A program made the position numbers and the translations under genes. From the human T2T-CHM13v2.0 reference genome, Homo sapiens: a stretch of DNA of 64,000 nt. The notes beneath the pieces are model-generated. The model worked only from the letters and a program-made list of their open reading frames with translations. It ran no database searches and was not told where the DNA came from. Location: assembly GCF_009914755.1 (NCBI RefSeq), contig NC_060930.1, one strand, 5' to 3'. How positions within the stretch are numbered: position 1 is the first letter of the stretch; each line of letters opens with the position of its first letter. Shown here piece after piece: positions 19,175-33,100 of the stretch.

Positions 19175-21149
19175 TGATTTCTCTTATTTTTTACAAACAT
19201 ACAAACCTTGCCTATATGGAATTAGTGTCTATATTTCAGAAAAATTAAGTTTCTGATTTCATATATGGAAATTCATAGAATGCAGAAATTCCAAACCTGA
19301 ATTTCCTAAATATTTTTCGTAAGACCTTCTACATAAATAATTCTGACCCATTTAGGGAATAATCTAATTTATTTGAATTTTTTTTCTGTTAATCTACTAT
19401 AAAACAAAGAAATAATATGTGGATTAATTACAATCAGAGATTTTGGTTACAACCATGGATATATTATGAATGTTCACCTCTCAACACTAGATTATAGAAG
19501 AAATAAGACTGAAGTGAGGGATTTAGGAGAAATATACTTACATACACAAACAATCATATACATATATTTATAAACATACATATGTGTGTAACACATACAT
19601 AGAGTATAAATAATAATTTTATCAATCGCATTTTCACATTTGTTCTTAAAAACACCAAATAAGTCAGTACCTTCTGTATCTCTTTACAATTTTTGTAGGT
19701 TTGATTTTAAATTAAATAACTATATATTTCAGTTTAAAGTTATCAAATCAATGTCTACTATCTGATCATATTTATTTCAGGAAAAAACTCTGTGTATTTG
19801 AAATTAATAAACAACCTATAATGTTGTTTACTATGTATTAATCACGATTTTAAAAACGTACAACAATAGCAAACTTGAACAAAGACATGCAACTCATTCC
19901 AGAGGAATGAGAGATGTTTTTTCCAAGAAACTAATTTTCATCTCCTCATTATTTATTTTAGTGTCTCATTTTTACCAAATTATACAAATAATATGCAAAT
20001 AAGTGATTAAAATAACGTGACAAAATCATAATGACCTCTAAAAATTATGATGAGCTGCAAAAAGAATACTCATTAACAAGGTTGAACAATTAATTTCATA
20101 AAAATGTTCCAAATGCAATTTGGCAGAAGAAAGATGCACAGGTTCCAGAAACAATTTATAGTGTTTATTGAAACATGCATATTTCCCAATTAAAATCCAC
20201 TGATGAAATTTTTAAAATTTAACTTTTGAATGTCTTTATTCTGTTTTATTAGATAGTTCTTTATCTTCAAATATAATACTGATAAATCTGAGGACTTGCC
20301 AAGTAATATGCTGTGATAAGTAAGAATATTGGAATTTGTCCCTGTACTATTCCAGGTAAACATTGATGAGAATAAAAGTTATATACAAAATTAAATAAAT
20401 CAGATATTAAAAATTTAGATAATTAAAGAATTAAAAAAAAAACCCAGAAGTATAAACATAGAAACATGCCAAAGTTCTGTAAGAAAGATTCCAAGTAACA
20501 CATTTGAGAATACATTAAGGAGCAATATTATGAGTACATAAATAATTCTAAACAAAAGATCATTAATGCAAGTGAAAATAAATATTAGGAAGTTTAAGTT
20601 CCTACCTTTAGACCAAAGAAGCTAACATAAATTAAGAAAAAATATACAAATGCAGATATAGGGTGTAGAGTTCATTAGGTAGCCCCTACCATCAGACTTG
20701 TGTTTATTATTCAGTACTGAGGGCATTAGAATCCACAATGGATGAGAGAAAAACATAAACAAAGGATCAGAGCAGTGTAGTCCTAAAGAAAACCTACTAT
20801 AGATTTGCAAAGTTGCATTAAGTTAGTAGGTAGGGGAAAGGACAGAATACCTGTCTAACAGAACTCCTACCATCCCGTTTTTCTTTTCCTTTCTGTTTGA
20901 AATCATTAGTTTATTTCCACAATGCCTCACAAGGATATTGCCCCAAATGAACATACCTGGATGAATTTCATTAAATTATATAGACGTGTAAAGCATATTC
21001 ATATACATTCTCCCTACATATATAATTATAATTTGCCCAATTCTCTGTGCCTGAATATTTGAAAAGGATATTTGATCATCTAATTGGACTATGAGGGAGC
21101 TGGTGATAGGTCCTACCGTTCACCAACACTGGGCTCCCTAAATTATAAG

Positions 21150-21275
21150 GGGATGCAGTGCGGCATAGCAGTTAAGAGTTCCGTTACTCTAGAGTCAGAC
21201 AGACCAGATTGCAATCTCAACTGCACCACTTACTAAATGTGTGACCTTGGCCAATATTTACATTATCCAATTTAC
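21150..21275. mobile_element. MIR fragment
   Basis: MIR core motif CCACTTACTAAATGTGTGACCTTGG. Confidence 0.6.
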
Positions 21276-22699
21276 AGCTACTCTAACTGTTGTCAAAACA
21301 AAACCAGTTATGATAATGCTCCCTATCTGCTAAAACCACTGTGAAGGTTAAATCAAATAATCCCTGACCGATGACAGACTGATAATAATCCCTGACCGCT
21401 CTCAGACAAAGAGAGAAGGAGCGAAAGAGAGAGAGAAAGAATGCTATGTGAAACAAAATCTGCAATACTAGCAAAAGAAAAAAAAACCTTTTATATTGGG
21501 AAAAAAAGAAAGAATAAGAATTTCAGAAAAATACTGCTTATTTTTCTTAATAAGAGTCTCATAGTTTGGATTTTCTAGAAGTAGAATTTAAGACAGTGAT
21601 TCATATGCATACATTTGATTGGGCATACTTCTGTCAGACAAGGCCAATTCTTTGGAGTGAGCTGACATCACTTGGCAGCTGGAGACTGCTCACTGACCCA
21701 GTAAAGAATATCTAGGTAGGGCACTGTCCAACCCTTGCAAGCCTCAGATGAATATGGCTCTCACATTAAGTTCACCATATCCATGGTTACAAAACGCTGC
21801 CCACTCATAGCTCAATGTGGGCAACTGTGCAATTGGCATTATGCTTCAGAGTCAAACTTTATGAAATACGTTTTATGTAGCCAAAGCTTCCACTAGGAGC
21901 TTTAAAAAAAACATAAAAATAAAAAGGTTTAAGAGGAAATTTTAATACACTAACAGGCCACTTAGAGAATATTTCAGTGTTCAAATGCAAATTCTTAGCA
22001 TGGTATGGTTTTTCAATTGTTAAAAAAATTGAATTCAAAAACTGTATATATAAAATGTTACATTTTTCTCTAAATTAAGAGTCTCAAACTCCAGTGAAAT
22101 TAATTTTAAAATTCTTAATATCAAATACGTATATTAGCAGTTTTTTTAAGATTAAACATAGTCTATTTATTTATGAAGCTGTTTGGACATTTTACTATTT
22201 TTCAGGTGAACTATCTGGATTCTGCTTACCTAGACAATGTCCATTGGACTTTTGACAGGAATTATTACACTCTTTATCTTTCATGGTGAAATAGTTCTTA
22301 TTACATTAGACTACTGGTTTAAATTTTAAAAATATTGTAAATGTATGAAACAACAACATATATGGAGAGTTCTATAAATTATATACAATGACAAAGCTTG
22401 GGAGATAATTATTGACAATGTTACTGATGCTATACATTAGTTGAATTGCTAATTAAAAATAAATGTCATGGTCAGTGAGGTTTCCCACTTAAACCATGCA
22501 TTGTGTCTCCTTTGGGTACAACCATTTGATTTTTTAAACGATTTTTTTTTCTAATCCATGCATCCATTTTCGTTAATTTGATTTCTTCTTTTTATCCTTC
22601 ATTACATAAAGTTAGTTTTACCCTGGACTGATTCTCTCTGCACTGGATAGTGAAAGGTAGTCTGAGAGATTAATCTGGTATTCATTTTTTCATATTGCA

Positions 22700-23093
22700 C
22701 ATTAGGGACTTAGTTCATTTTATACTCATAACAGACTCTCACAGACTTGTTAAATTTATAATGAACCATGGTTCATGGTTCTGGAGACTGGAAATTCAAA
22801 TGCATAGCAACGGCATCTGGTGAGTGCCTACATTCTCTGTCATCCCATGGCAGAAAGCAGAAGGTCAAGAGTAGGCAAAAGCAAGCGAGCAAGAATGGGC
22901 CAAACTTGTCTTTATAACAAACCCATTCTCATAATAACTAACCCACTCCAAGGAAAATGATATTAGTCCATTCATGAGGACAGAACTCTCATAATTTAAT
23001 CACCTCTTATTAGGCCCTAACTCCCAACACCATTACATTGAGAATTAGGTTTCCAACACATAAACTTTGGGGGACACATTCAAACCATAGCAG
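22700..23093 (-). mobile_element. MST-family MaLR LTR
   Basis: CATGGTTCTGGAGACTGGAAATTCAA ... GGGGGACACATTCAAACCATAGCA terminus. Confidence 0.8.
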
Positions 23094-23847
23094 GTATATA
23101 ATTAAATTAATGGTTTTGTCTAGCTCTGAATTACTAGATATGGCAGAAAATCATTTCTACAGTTGAGATTTTAAATGCAGAGCATCTTGAATTCCTCTAT
23201 TGTTTTTATATGCAAGTTCTCTTTATGTATCAGTGAAGAGGGGCTAAAATATTACAGAAAATTGCTTCAGATTGATGATTAGTAAATTGCAAAGCTTGTA
23301 ATGGTTTATCTGAGCAGGGTAAGCTATCCTAAGCTCACTACCTCTTATTAAATAATGTGGAGAGTTCAACAAAACAGAATTTTAATCAAATTATAAATAC
23401 TTATGGGTAGTTGGCTCTCTTTCTCCCCTTAGTATTCATTTGGATTTTAAAATTGTTTTAATTGAGAAAAATTGACATTGCCCTGACTTGCCTACCCTTT
23501 TCTTTGCAGCTGAAATTTCAATGCTACAGAGAAGAGAGAACAAGATAAACATGTTTCTTCATCTTAATGTACCTCTGTATAAGTTCTTGCATTCAATTAC
23601 ACATAATCAATGTACAGAATGTTCCTCATACAATGGGCATTCCACCTTGTATGTGGACACATGGATTAAAAATATAAATTCTGTACAAATTATATTGACA
23701 GCTTCTGTGTCTTACCTTTAAAGACATGCACATGCTTGCATTTCCATTTTTGGAGGATGGACATTTAATTACATTTTAGATTTATGGTCCACCATAAGGG
23801 AAATAATATAGCTAAAAATGAAAGAAAAAGATTCCGAGCTTAATTTC

Positions 23848-23942
23848 TGGGTGATGTAATGTTATGTACAACAACCCCCCCATGACATGTGTTTATCTAT
23901 ATAACAAACCTTCGCATGTACCCGTAAACCTAAAATATAAAC
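23848..23942 (+). mobile_element. Short L1PA 3'-end fragment
   Basis: ACAACCCCCCATGACATGTG...ACAAACCTTCGCATGTACCC...AAACCTAAAATA. Confidence 0.7.
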
Positions 23943-24155
23943 TTTTTAAAAAGATTGATTCCAACATAAGGAAGTCAATGTTTCTTCTTTAAATTGCAAT
24001 CTAGAGAAAGATGCTACTATAGTTTTGCTTTATTATTATATTTGTATTTTAATATTTTACTATAAAATGTATTTTATTATGATTATGATAATTTTATTTT
24101 AATTAAAAATCTCAATAACAAAGCCCTCACAATTTCATATATGTCCGTGATATAC

Positions 24156-25430
24156 TAAAGTTTCTGCAAGTATTGAAAAGTGCTTAAAATGAGAAGCAAC
24201 ATATATGTTGTTGATTATCATCCAAAGGCTATGGATAAAAAAGCAAGGAGTGCTCTAGAAGGGCAAAAAAACAGACTGGACATAGAAAGACTCTCACCAC
24301 ATTGACAAAAGGTCCCTATTATATTTTTAAATTAAAAATAGCAATAATTATTATATGCATTCATTCTTAAATACTACCTAGTAAACACACATTTTTAATC
24401 AGTGATTGGATTCCATCATTCTCAACCCTTCTGTAACCTTTAAAAACTTAAGACGTGTTTATCTTGCCTATCCAAACAACGAGATGGTATCAATGGAGCA
24501 TACAGAATACTTTGGTTTGTGTTGATATGTTAAAAACAAGAAAACAAACAAAAAACCAATTGATTTTTATTTTAGGACAGACAGTGGAACAAAGATATAA
24601 AATAATATATGCCATAAACCTTTGCACAGCAGTGCTGACGTGATCTTAACATCTGCCTATATTACAAAAGGGAAGTTAAGCTTGAATATGAAATGTGAAA
24701 AAAATAGCCTATTCAATTAAAAAGACTGATTTGGGAGGTGAACATTAAACACTAAGCAAATGCCCTTAGTGAGTTGGCAGGTGGTTAAAGAAATTACAGC
24801 AAAACGGTGGACTCCAGAGTCCTGAAGGGGTAATCAGCACAATGCCTGAGATGAAATGGTTAGGAAGCAGACTGTGATGTCTATTGCCAGAAAGATGATC
24901 AATGGTACAAGATATTTTGCACTCGAATTAGACAATAATTCCTTCCTACTAAAGCAGTAGAATAAAACATCATCTTTCACCTCAGCTCCTGGAGAAGATG
25001 ATAATGTTTTTAGCAGAGTTCAAAAGGAATAGTGACTCAGGTTTTAGAGAGAGCTGCCAGGTGAAGCAAACAAGCAAAACAATTGCATGTTTAAAAAATT
25101 AAACAAGTAGCCAACATTTGGAAAATTATATTATGGAAAAGAAAAACCTTTCCAAATTTGCAGGATAAAGTCTCTGAAAGTGTCGAAAGGGACTTAAAAT
25201 GAGAAGCTACAAATATGTTCATTATCAAACAGTGGCCATGGGTAAAAAAGCAAGGAGTGCTCAAGAAGGGAAGAAAAACAAAATGGAAGAGACAGACTAA
25301 CACCACATGGATAAAGAGACTTTATTATATTTTAAAATTATATACAGTAATTATTATTATATACATTCATTAATTCTATATAAGTAAACATACATTCTAA
25401 TCACAGTGTTTGAATTCCATTTTTCTCAAA

Positions 25431-25468
<38 letters not shown>

Positions 25469-25500
25469 AAAGCCTGTAACCTTTGAAAGCCTAAAATGTA
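24156..25500. repeat. Diverged direct duplication: ~24156-24455 and ~25166-25500
   Basis: Colinear shared blocks CTTAAAATGAGAAGC, TAAAAAAGCAAGGAGTGCTC, CACCACAT, AGTAAACA, TTCCAT and CTGTAACCTTT. The second copy carries a (CA)n at 25433-25466. Confidence 0.85.
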
Positions 25501-25611
25501 GGAGTTCCTCCAGGTACTCACTTCATAGTTCAGATGGATCTTACCAGATTATTAGCAACAAGAATTCAGTGCCTATATCACAGTTAAAATTATAGTTAAA
25601 ATATTTAATAG

Positions 25612-26083
25612 AGGGACACCCACCCTCAATGCGGGTGGGCACCATCCAATTGGTCAGGGGTATGGATAAAACAAAAATGCATAGGAAAGCTCACTCTCTC
25701 CTGGACCTAAGACACCCTCCTTCTGGTGCTTTTGGACATCCAAACTCCAGGCTCTCTGGCCTTGGGATTCCAGGAGTTGCAAAGTGGCTGTCTGAGTTCT
25801 CAGTCCATTGGCCTCTGACTGAGAGTTATACCATCAGTTTCCCTAGTTCTGAAGCTTCAGGACTTGGAGAAAGCTACTCTACTCTCTTCCCTGGTTCTCC
25901 AGCTTGCAGACAACCTATCCTGGAACTTCTCAGCCCCCATAATCGCATGATCCAATTCCTCTAATAAATGTAGAGATCTCTCTCTCTCTCTCTTTCTCTC
26001 TCTCTGTATGTGTATGTATATGCATGTGTATATATATATAAGTATACGTGTAGGTTCTGTCTGAGAGAACCCAGCCTAATACA
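25612..26083 (+). mobile_element. MLT2-family (ERVL) LTR, 5'-partial
   Basis: CCCACCCTCAATGCGGGTGGGCACCATCCAAT ... GGTTCTCCAGCTTGCAGAC ... GAGAACCCAGCCTAATACA. Confidence 0.85.
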
Positions 26084-28907
26084 TCATGCAGCATATTATC
26101 AGAATAAAATTTGATAATGTATGTACAATGCTGAACACAGCATCTTGTATTTAAAAACATATTCAGCATCGAGTTACTGTAACTGCTGTCATTGATGCCT
26201 CTTCTTCTAAAATGAGATGCCATCACTTGTAAAATTATTTTTAAAAGATATATTTTTAAATGAAGAAGTCTTTTTATATGTCAAATAATTTACTTTAGAT
26301 GTTTAAAATAGTATAGCTCACAAAAAATGTTGGCTCATAACAACTTCTACTGAGTATGTAAGAAAATGGTTTTGAAGTTCAATCTTTTTTTAAAAAAAAG
26401 ATGTATGAATGTATTCAAAATTTACATGAACACTCAGCTATGTATACTATAAATATTTTCCAAACTCCATGAGCTGATTAATTAAAACAGATCCTCTAGC
26501 CAGGAAGACAAGCATATGAATACAACAGTCTTTCTTTTATCAATTCTCCTGAAATATCTAGTGTAGCACATAATAATTTTTATATATGAGTGAAGGTGGT
26601 TTCTATGTCCAATTAGCAATAACTGTGCCTCAGGTCATCTTCCTTGACTATGATACTGCCACTCTGAAAAGCTGTCTACATCCAAATATTAATTTAATTT
26701 GGCAAAAAAACAGGCAGGCTTAGAAAGTGTTTTAGAACAGGACAATTAAATAATATAATATTTTCTATAATATTTCATTTTCTTATTTCTTCTCAAGATC
26801 CCACGACAATGGATATAGTTGCTTTTTTATCTCAAGAAGTATAAATTTTACAAACATAAAAGGTATGTCTCCCTTCAATATTTCCTCTTAATGCTGAGTG
26901 CAAAATTGGTTCAGAAAGAAAATTGCTGACATTAAGCTAGGATGTGACTTGGCAACTGATTGCAACATATTTCTATAGGATGCTGTGGGGTGTACTGAAA
27001 AAAGGATGTTTTAGACCCAGAAAGACTGTTGCTCTGTTCCCAGGGAAATGGAAAAAAAACAAAAAACAAAAATCTTAATCTTGAGCTCTAGTTCTTGACT
27101 TATATAGAACATGGAATAAAGAAAAAGTTTTCTCTTCATCTCTATACTTCAGTAAGTGGAGCAATATTATTGGCTTTGCATCATTTCATCAATTAAGGAA
27201 GATCTTATAATAGCATACTTCAACTCTTTTAAATATTAGACAATGGGTTTATTCACAAAGTATTTTTTATAAACATATGTTTTAGGCATAAAGTTTATTC
27301 ATCCAAAATAAAGATTCCCATATTTCCATCTACTACGATTTTTCAATCATACTTAGTATTAACCAATAATAATTTATACTCCACTACTGATACTTGCTAA
27401 TTGAATTACACTTCTGATGATCATTTTTTTTTTCAAATGACATAGTGAGAGTTATGATCGGTTATTTGGGTTGTAAGGATTGAAAACATACCTAGATCAT
27501 ATAAATTTGTGAAGGTTTTGCCATCACAAGCGTTATAGGGAATAATGAACATCAACTATCCTACAGCTAAACCTAATGAAGACCAAATTGCCTCCAAGGT
27601 CAAAACAATAGTTCTTTGTGCTCAAAAGTGGTTCATATAATTGATGCTGCATTGACGCTGTCTATAGAGATTCTAGTTTTCTCCACATTTTCTCTATTTT
27701 TCAATTTCCTTTCTTTTCACTGGGGTCTATTGTTCTTTAACAGAAGTAATGGCCTTTTATAAATATATAATTTTCACGTTGTAAGCATTCTTTCCAAGCT
27801 AGCTGCCCATCATCACGTTTTGGCTAGTCCCAGTCTCTGCTCATAGAACACTTGTCCACACTCTAAATTCTCTCTGTTCTCCATAGCCCCCACTCATCTA
27901 ATTCCTATAGTCTTTTAACTCAAAGCCTTCAACTTATGTACAGCTTTCTCTGCCTCACGTTTCAAGCTTAATGCATCATCTTAATTCATCTTTCGACATC
28001 TATTTCTACTACATGCTGCTCTCTTTCTCTATCTTATATCTCCCAGAATATGTTTTATTTCAACACATCGCTAATCTGTGCCAGGCATTGTTATTAGCAA
28101 AATGATAAGCCCTGCATGTAGCAAAGTTCCTGCCTTCACTGCATATGCATTAATAGCTCTGATTAGTCCACTTAAAAACCATTGTTCCTGTCGTGCAGAA
28201 CTCCATTGCCAAGCCACACAACACCCAGCCAGTAGGTTAGCAGCTCCGTGGAGCAAGGTAAACACGTTGATTCAATTGACTTTGGGCAGAAGGGTAAGAT
28301 TTTGTCTTCAGCTTTTCTCATGAGGAACATATACAACCCAAATGGAAAAACCCTGTATCCTCCTGCCCAAGCAAATAATTCGATAATAAATAATAGCTTC
28401 CACTAAAATATAATGAAGTGGTTACTTTGATAGGTAATAAAGTATGTGTTGTTTTCCTTTAGTTTTCTTTTAAAAATGTATGTTAACCTTGCTTCAGTTT
28501 GGTTTTCCAGAGTATCCTGCATAAATGGACACAAACCACATTCACTTTGCTATGTGGATGGGGGAGATGCAAAAGGTGTCTTCAGTGCATGCCCAGATAT
28601 TCCCACATGTTCAACCTTCCACTTAGCTCCCAATAAAACATGTTTCTTTTTTCACAACTAGGAGAGCTCTCCTTTTCATACCTCTGCAGTGACATGAAGG
28701 CACACTAAATAGAGAAGTAAAAGGTTCATATGAAACTGTAATGTAAATATTATTCACATACTGAAATTCTGAAAACAGTATTAATATTTTTCCTGTGATG
28801 CTTTTAAATTTTAATATTCTGTAAAGTATATTTTAAGCATTCACAATTTGGATTTATTCGTGATAAGAGTATATTTTACCTATAATAGATTGGGAAATAT
28901 ATACATA

Positions 28908-28947
28908 TGTGTGTGTGTGTGCATGCATGTGTGTGTGTGTGTGTGTG
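28908..28947. repeat. (TG)n microsatellite, interrupted
   Basis: Seen directly. Confidence 0.9.
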
Positions 28948-29484
28948 TATTAATATATTTTCCTTGAGACTAGTAGTGAAGGCAAAGTTCTGAAACTGAA
29001 TTTGCCAAAATGGGATTAGATGTGTGAGGGATTTATTTGGATAAACACTTTTGCAAGGTGAGGTGGAGGAAGCAGGAATAGACACAGCCTTCAGCCACAA
29101 TACTTGTAAACCTTATGAAGGAGGAAAGAAAATAAAAAAGGTTAGGTAAAATGAGTTTCAGATAGTAGCACAATACTTAACATATTTTGGCAGGCCAATG
29201 GAGAGTTATCAAGCCAAAGTTTTCCTCCATATTGAGCAGGAACAGCACCTCACTATGCTTTGTCATTGGCTGACAACAGCTGTGAGATGGGGATTTTGGA
29301 CTATAGGTAGTGATGGATACAAAGATGAACCCCAGGAGCTGTCAGTCAACTGTGATAGTCACTAGGGGAGATATACATGAAGCAGTCTCATGACAGTTAC
29401 AAGCCTTGACCTTTTATTTTATACTAAAGTAAAATATAACTTTATTATGAAGACCATCAGGCCACCTAGTTACTATATACCAGT

Positions 29485-29870
29485 TGCTATGGTTTGAATG
29501 TGTCCCTCAAAATTCATGTGTTGGAAAATTAATCCCCAATGCAACAGTGGGAGGAGGTGAAATCCTTTGGGAAATGATTATGTCATGATGGTGGCATCCT
29601 CATAAATGAATTAATGTCACTACAAAAAGGCTTGAAAGAGGGAGGTTGGTCCCTATTCCCACCTTCGGTTCCTTCCTTCATGAGAAGATACAGTATTTCT
29701 TCCCTCTGGCGGGTGCAGCAACAAAGTGCTCTCTTAGACGCAGACACTGAACTACAGGTGACTTCATCTTGGATTTCCAGCCTGCAGAACTGTGAAAAAT
29801 CAATTTCTGCTCTTTATAAATGACCAGGTAGTAAATATTTTGTAATAGTAGCACAAACGAATTAACACAA
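29485..29870 (+). mobile_element. MST-family MaLR LTR
   Basis: TGCTATGGTTTGAATGTGTCCCTCAAAATTCATGTG ... CCAGCCTGCAGAACTGTGA ... TAACACA. Confidence 0.8.
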
Positions 29871-29974
29871 TTGTGAGGAAATTATTTCTGTAACATTTTA
29901 CATAACAAAATTCAGCATTTTATAGGTTAGTCTGTGAAGTAGAGTTATTTATTTATTTACTTGAAAGTTCTACT

Positions 29975-31265
29975 AATCTGCATGCCCCTGATAATTAAAG
30001 ATGTTGAGCATATTTTTTAATGTACCTGTTGGCCATCTGCATATCTTCTTTGAAGAAATGTCTGTTCAAATCCTTTGCCCATTTTTAAATCAGATTATGC
30101 ATGTTTTGCTATTAAATTGTAGGAATTTCTTATATATTTTGAAAATTAATCCATTATCACATATATGGATTGCAAATATTTTCTCTCATTTTATAGATTG
30201 CCTTTTCATTCTGTTGATTGTATCCTTAGCTGTGTAGAAGTTTGCTTGGTTTTTGTTTTTCTTGTTTGTTTTTAGTTTGATATAGTCCAACTTGCCTATT
30301 TTTTGCTTCTGTTTCCTGTGCTTTTGATGTCATATTCAAAAAGTGATTGCAAATAGTAATATCAAAATGATATTACCTCACTCTTGTTAGGATGTTGATT
30401 TTCAAAAAACCAAAAGATAAATGGTGAGGATGTAGGGAATTTGGAACCTCTATACACTGTACATTGAGAATGTACAATGATACAGCAACTATGAAAACAG
30501 TATGGAGGTTCCTCCAAAAGCTAAAAATAATAGAATTACCAGGCGATCCAGCACTCTTATTTCTAGATACATATCCAAAACAATTAAAATCAGGATCTTG
30601 TAGAGATATCTGCACTCCCACATTTATAGCATCATTTTTCACAATAGCCAAGATATGGAAATGACCCATGTCTATGCCCATTGGCAGATGAATGGATAAA
30701 GAAATTGAGGTATATATATACAATAGAATATTTTTCAGTCTTAAGAAGAAAATCCTGCCATTGGTGACAATATTGATGAACCTAAGGGATCTTATGCTAA
30801 GTGAAATAAGCCAGTCACAAGAGGACAAATACTGCAGAATTCCACTTATATGAGGTATCTATAATAGTCAAACTCACAGAGGCAGAGAAGACCACAGTAG
30901 TTTCCAAAGGCTCTGTTGTGGGGTAATGGGAAGTTTTTCAAGGAATATGAACTTTGTTGTGCAAGATAAATACATTTTAGAGAGCGGCTGTTCAATATAG
31001 TGCCAATAGTTTATACTATAATATTGTGCATGTCAAAATTTGTTGAGGCTGGGTCTCAAATTCAGTCTTCTCACCACATACATACACACATAAGGGGTTT
31101 AAAATAAATTTCGGGGGGTCTTGGATATGTTTATGTGAATCATATCCAAGTGAGTGTGGTGACAGTATCGGGGGTGTTTGCAGATGTTTAAACTCATTAA
31201 AGTATACAAGTTAAATATATGCAGTTCTCTGTATATAAATTACCCTTCAAATAGCTGTCAATAAA
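29975..31265 (+). mobile_element. Old L1MA/MB 3' portion with 5' inversion (minus ~29975-30365, plus ~30366-31265)
   Basis: Antisense ORF2 segment joined to the sense continuation (TATTACCTCACTCTTGTTAGGATG; peptide TVWRFLQKLKIIELPGDPA) and L1M 3'UTR. Confidence 0.8.
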
Positions 31266-32739
31266 GTGCTCTTTAATATCACTGAAAGTGCATTAACTGA
31301 AAATTCAAACTTCAGAAAATATATTAATGGTATGCAGTCATTAGTTGGTATAATTTCCTACGGTGATAACATCTCTCTCCTTAAATTCAGTACATAAGAA
31401 TTGATACCAACTGCAGTTAAACAGTGTCCACCTTATTTTGTTATATTTTACATATCAATGGGTTCAAAAACCCAGAATTAAAATTTAAAGAATCTTAGAA
31501 TATTTTCTCACTTATTGACAGAATTAGATTCAATTTTTCTGATAGTTTATATTCAGCCATTGCTCCAACTATCCCAGAGATCGAGGGAGGTCTCAATAAC
31601 TTATGAAGCATCATTATGTATTAGACATATGATGGTTAAAATGCCAGCTCTTAAATTTTTCCTTTATTTAAAATGGGTTCCAGGCACACACTGCTGTGAC
31701 AGCCCTTCCTTTGTAAAGAATAGAATCTGCCAACCTTATTCTCAAATTTTAAACCTAGAGCTGTATCCAAAAGCTACCTATAAAGTCATTTATTATGGGT
31801 TTTGCTTGACTCATTCTGAATACCACAGGGTAGTTTTAGAGTTTAGGGTTTCCACCAAGATATTTTCATTAAGCATATACTAAAATAGAGTTTTCTTACT
31901 GAATTTTTTTCAGCAAGTTTATAAATCTCAAGTGCAGAGCTTTCTGTAAGTTATTAATCAAAAATTAACTTTGTGAATATATCTACAGTATAATATATAT
32001 ATATAAATATATTATATACTATAAATTCTGAATTCCTGAAATTAAATACTAGTTTTATTATTAAGTCAATTGTCTAATTTCCCCTGGTAGGGACATTTGT
32101 ATATTTCTAAACCAAACATTCCATTTTGTTATGTGTATCAGTTAAGATGACCTATACTATACTGCAGTAATAAATAACTTTCACATCTAAAACCAATTCA
32201 GTCTCTATAATAAGTTTACAAGGAGACTTAGTCATTTAGGAAGACACCTGATAAAAACTCTGTCACAACTCATGCTAATACAGCTCATAAGGGACCATGG
32301 GAAGGCCTTGTAAAAATTCCTTCTATTCAAATGACATTGGTCAAAACAAGTAAAGTGGTTTCATTTACCTTCAAGCAGGATGAAATACTGCCATCTTATT
32401 ATTTGTATAGTATGAGAAAAACTAAAGTATTTGTGAGCAGCCTAATAGTTACATGATTGATAACATTTGTATTCACAATAGTGCCAGCAATAGAACCCAG
32501 AAGTATATTATTTTTTCTTTCAAACTACCCATAAACGTACCCATTGATTAATCATTGTGGGTATATTTATTCAACCAAGGATATAGCACATAATACTTCC
32601 ATCTGGTTTGATATTTTCTATGTGTGCATCAGAATTTCAAGAGATGTTGTCAAATGTTATAATAAAATTAATAAGCTCAAATCCCATGCATGACATTTAA
32701 TCTATTCCAAAAGAATGCCATTATGAAACGTAGGAAATA

Positions 32740-33100
32740 TAGTAATCCCTCTTATCCATAGAGGATACATTCCAAGACCCCCAGTGGTTGCCTGAAACTG
32801 TAGGTAGTTCAAATCCTATATATACTGTACTATGTATTTTTTTTCTATACATACATAGCTATGGTAAAGTTTAATTTATAAATTAGGCATAGTAAGAAAC
32901 TAACAACAATAAAAATGATAAAATAGAACATTTATAATGTACTGTAATAAAAGTAGATGAATGTGGTCTCTTACTCTCTCTCAAAATATCTTGTTGTTAT
33001 ACACTCACCTATTTTTAGACCTCAGTTGAATGCTGGTTAACTGAAACCAGGGAAAACAGCCACGTACCCGGGGTGGGTGGGGTGGGGGGCAGGGGGAACT
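32740..33100. mobile_element. MER44A-like (Tigger family) non-autonomous DNA transposon
   Basis: CCCTCTTATCCATAGAGGATACATTCCAAGACCCCCAGTGG ... GGGGGAACTA termini match the recalled consensus. Confidence 0.8.
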
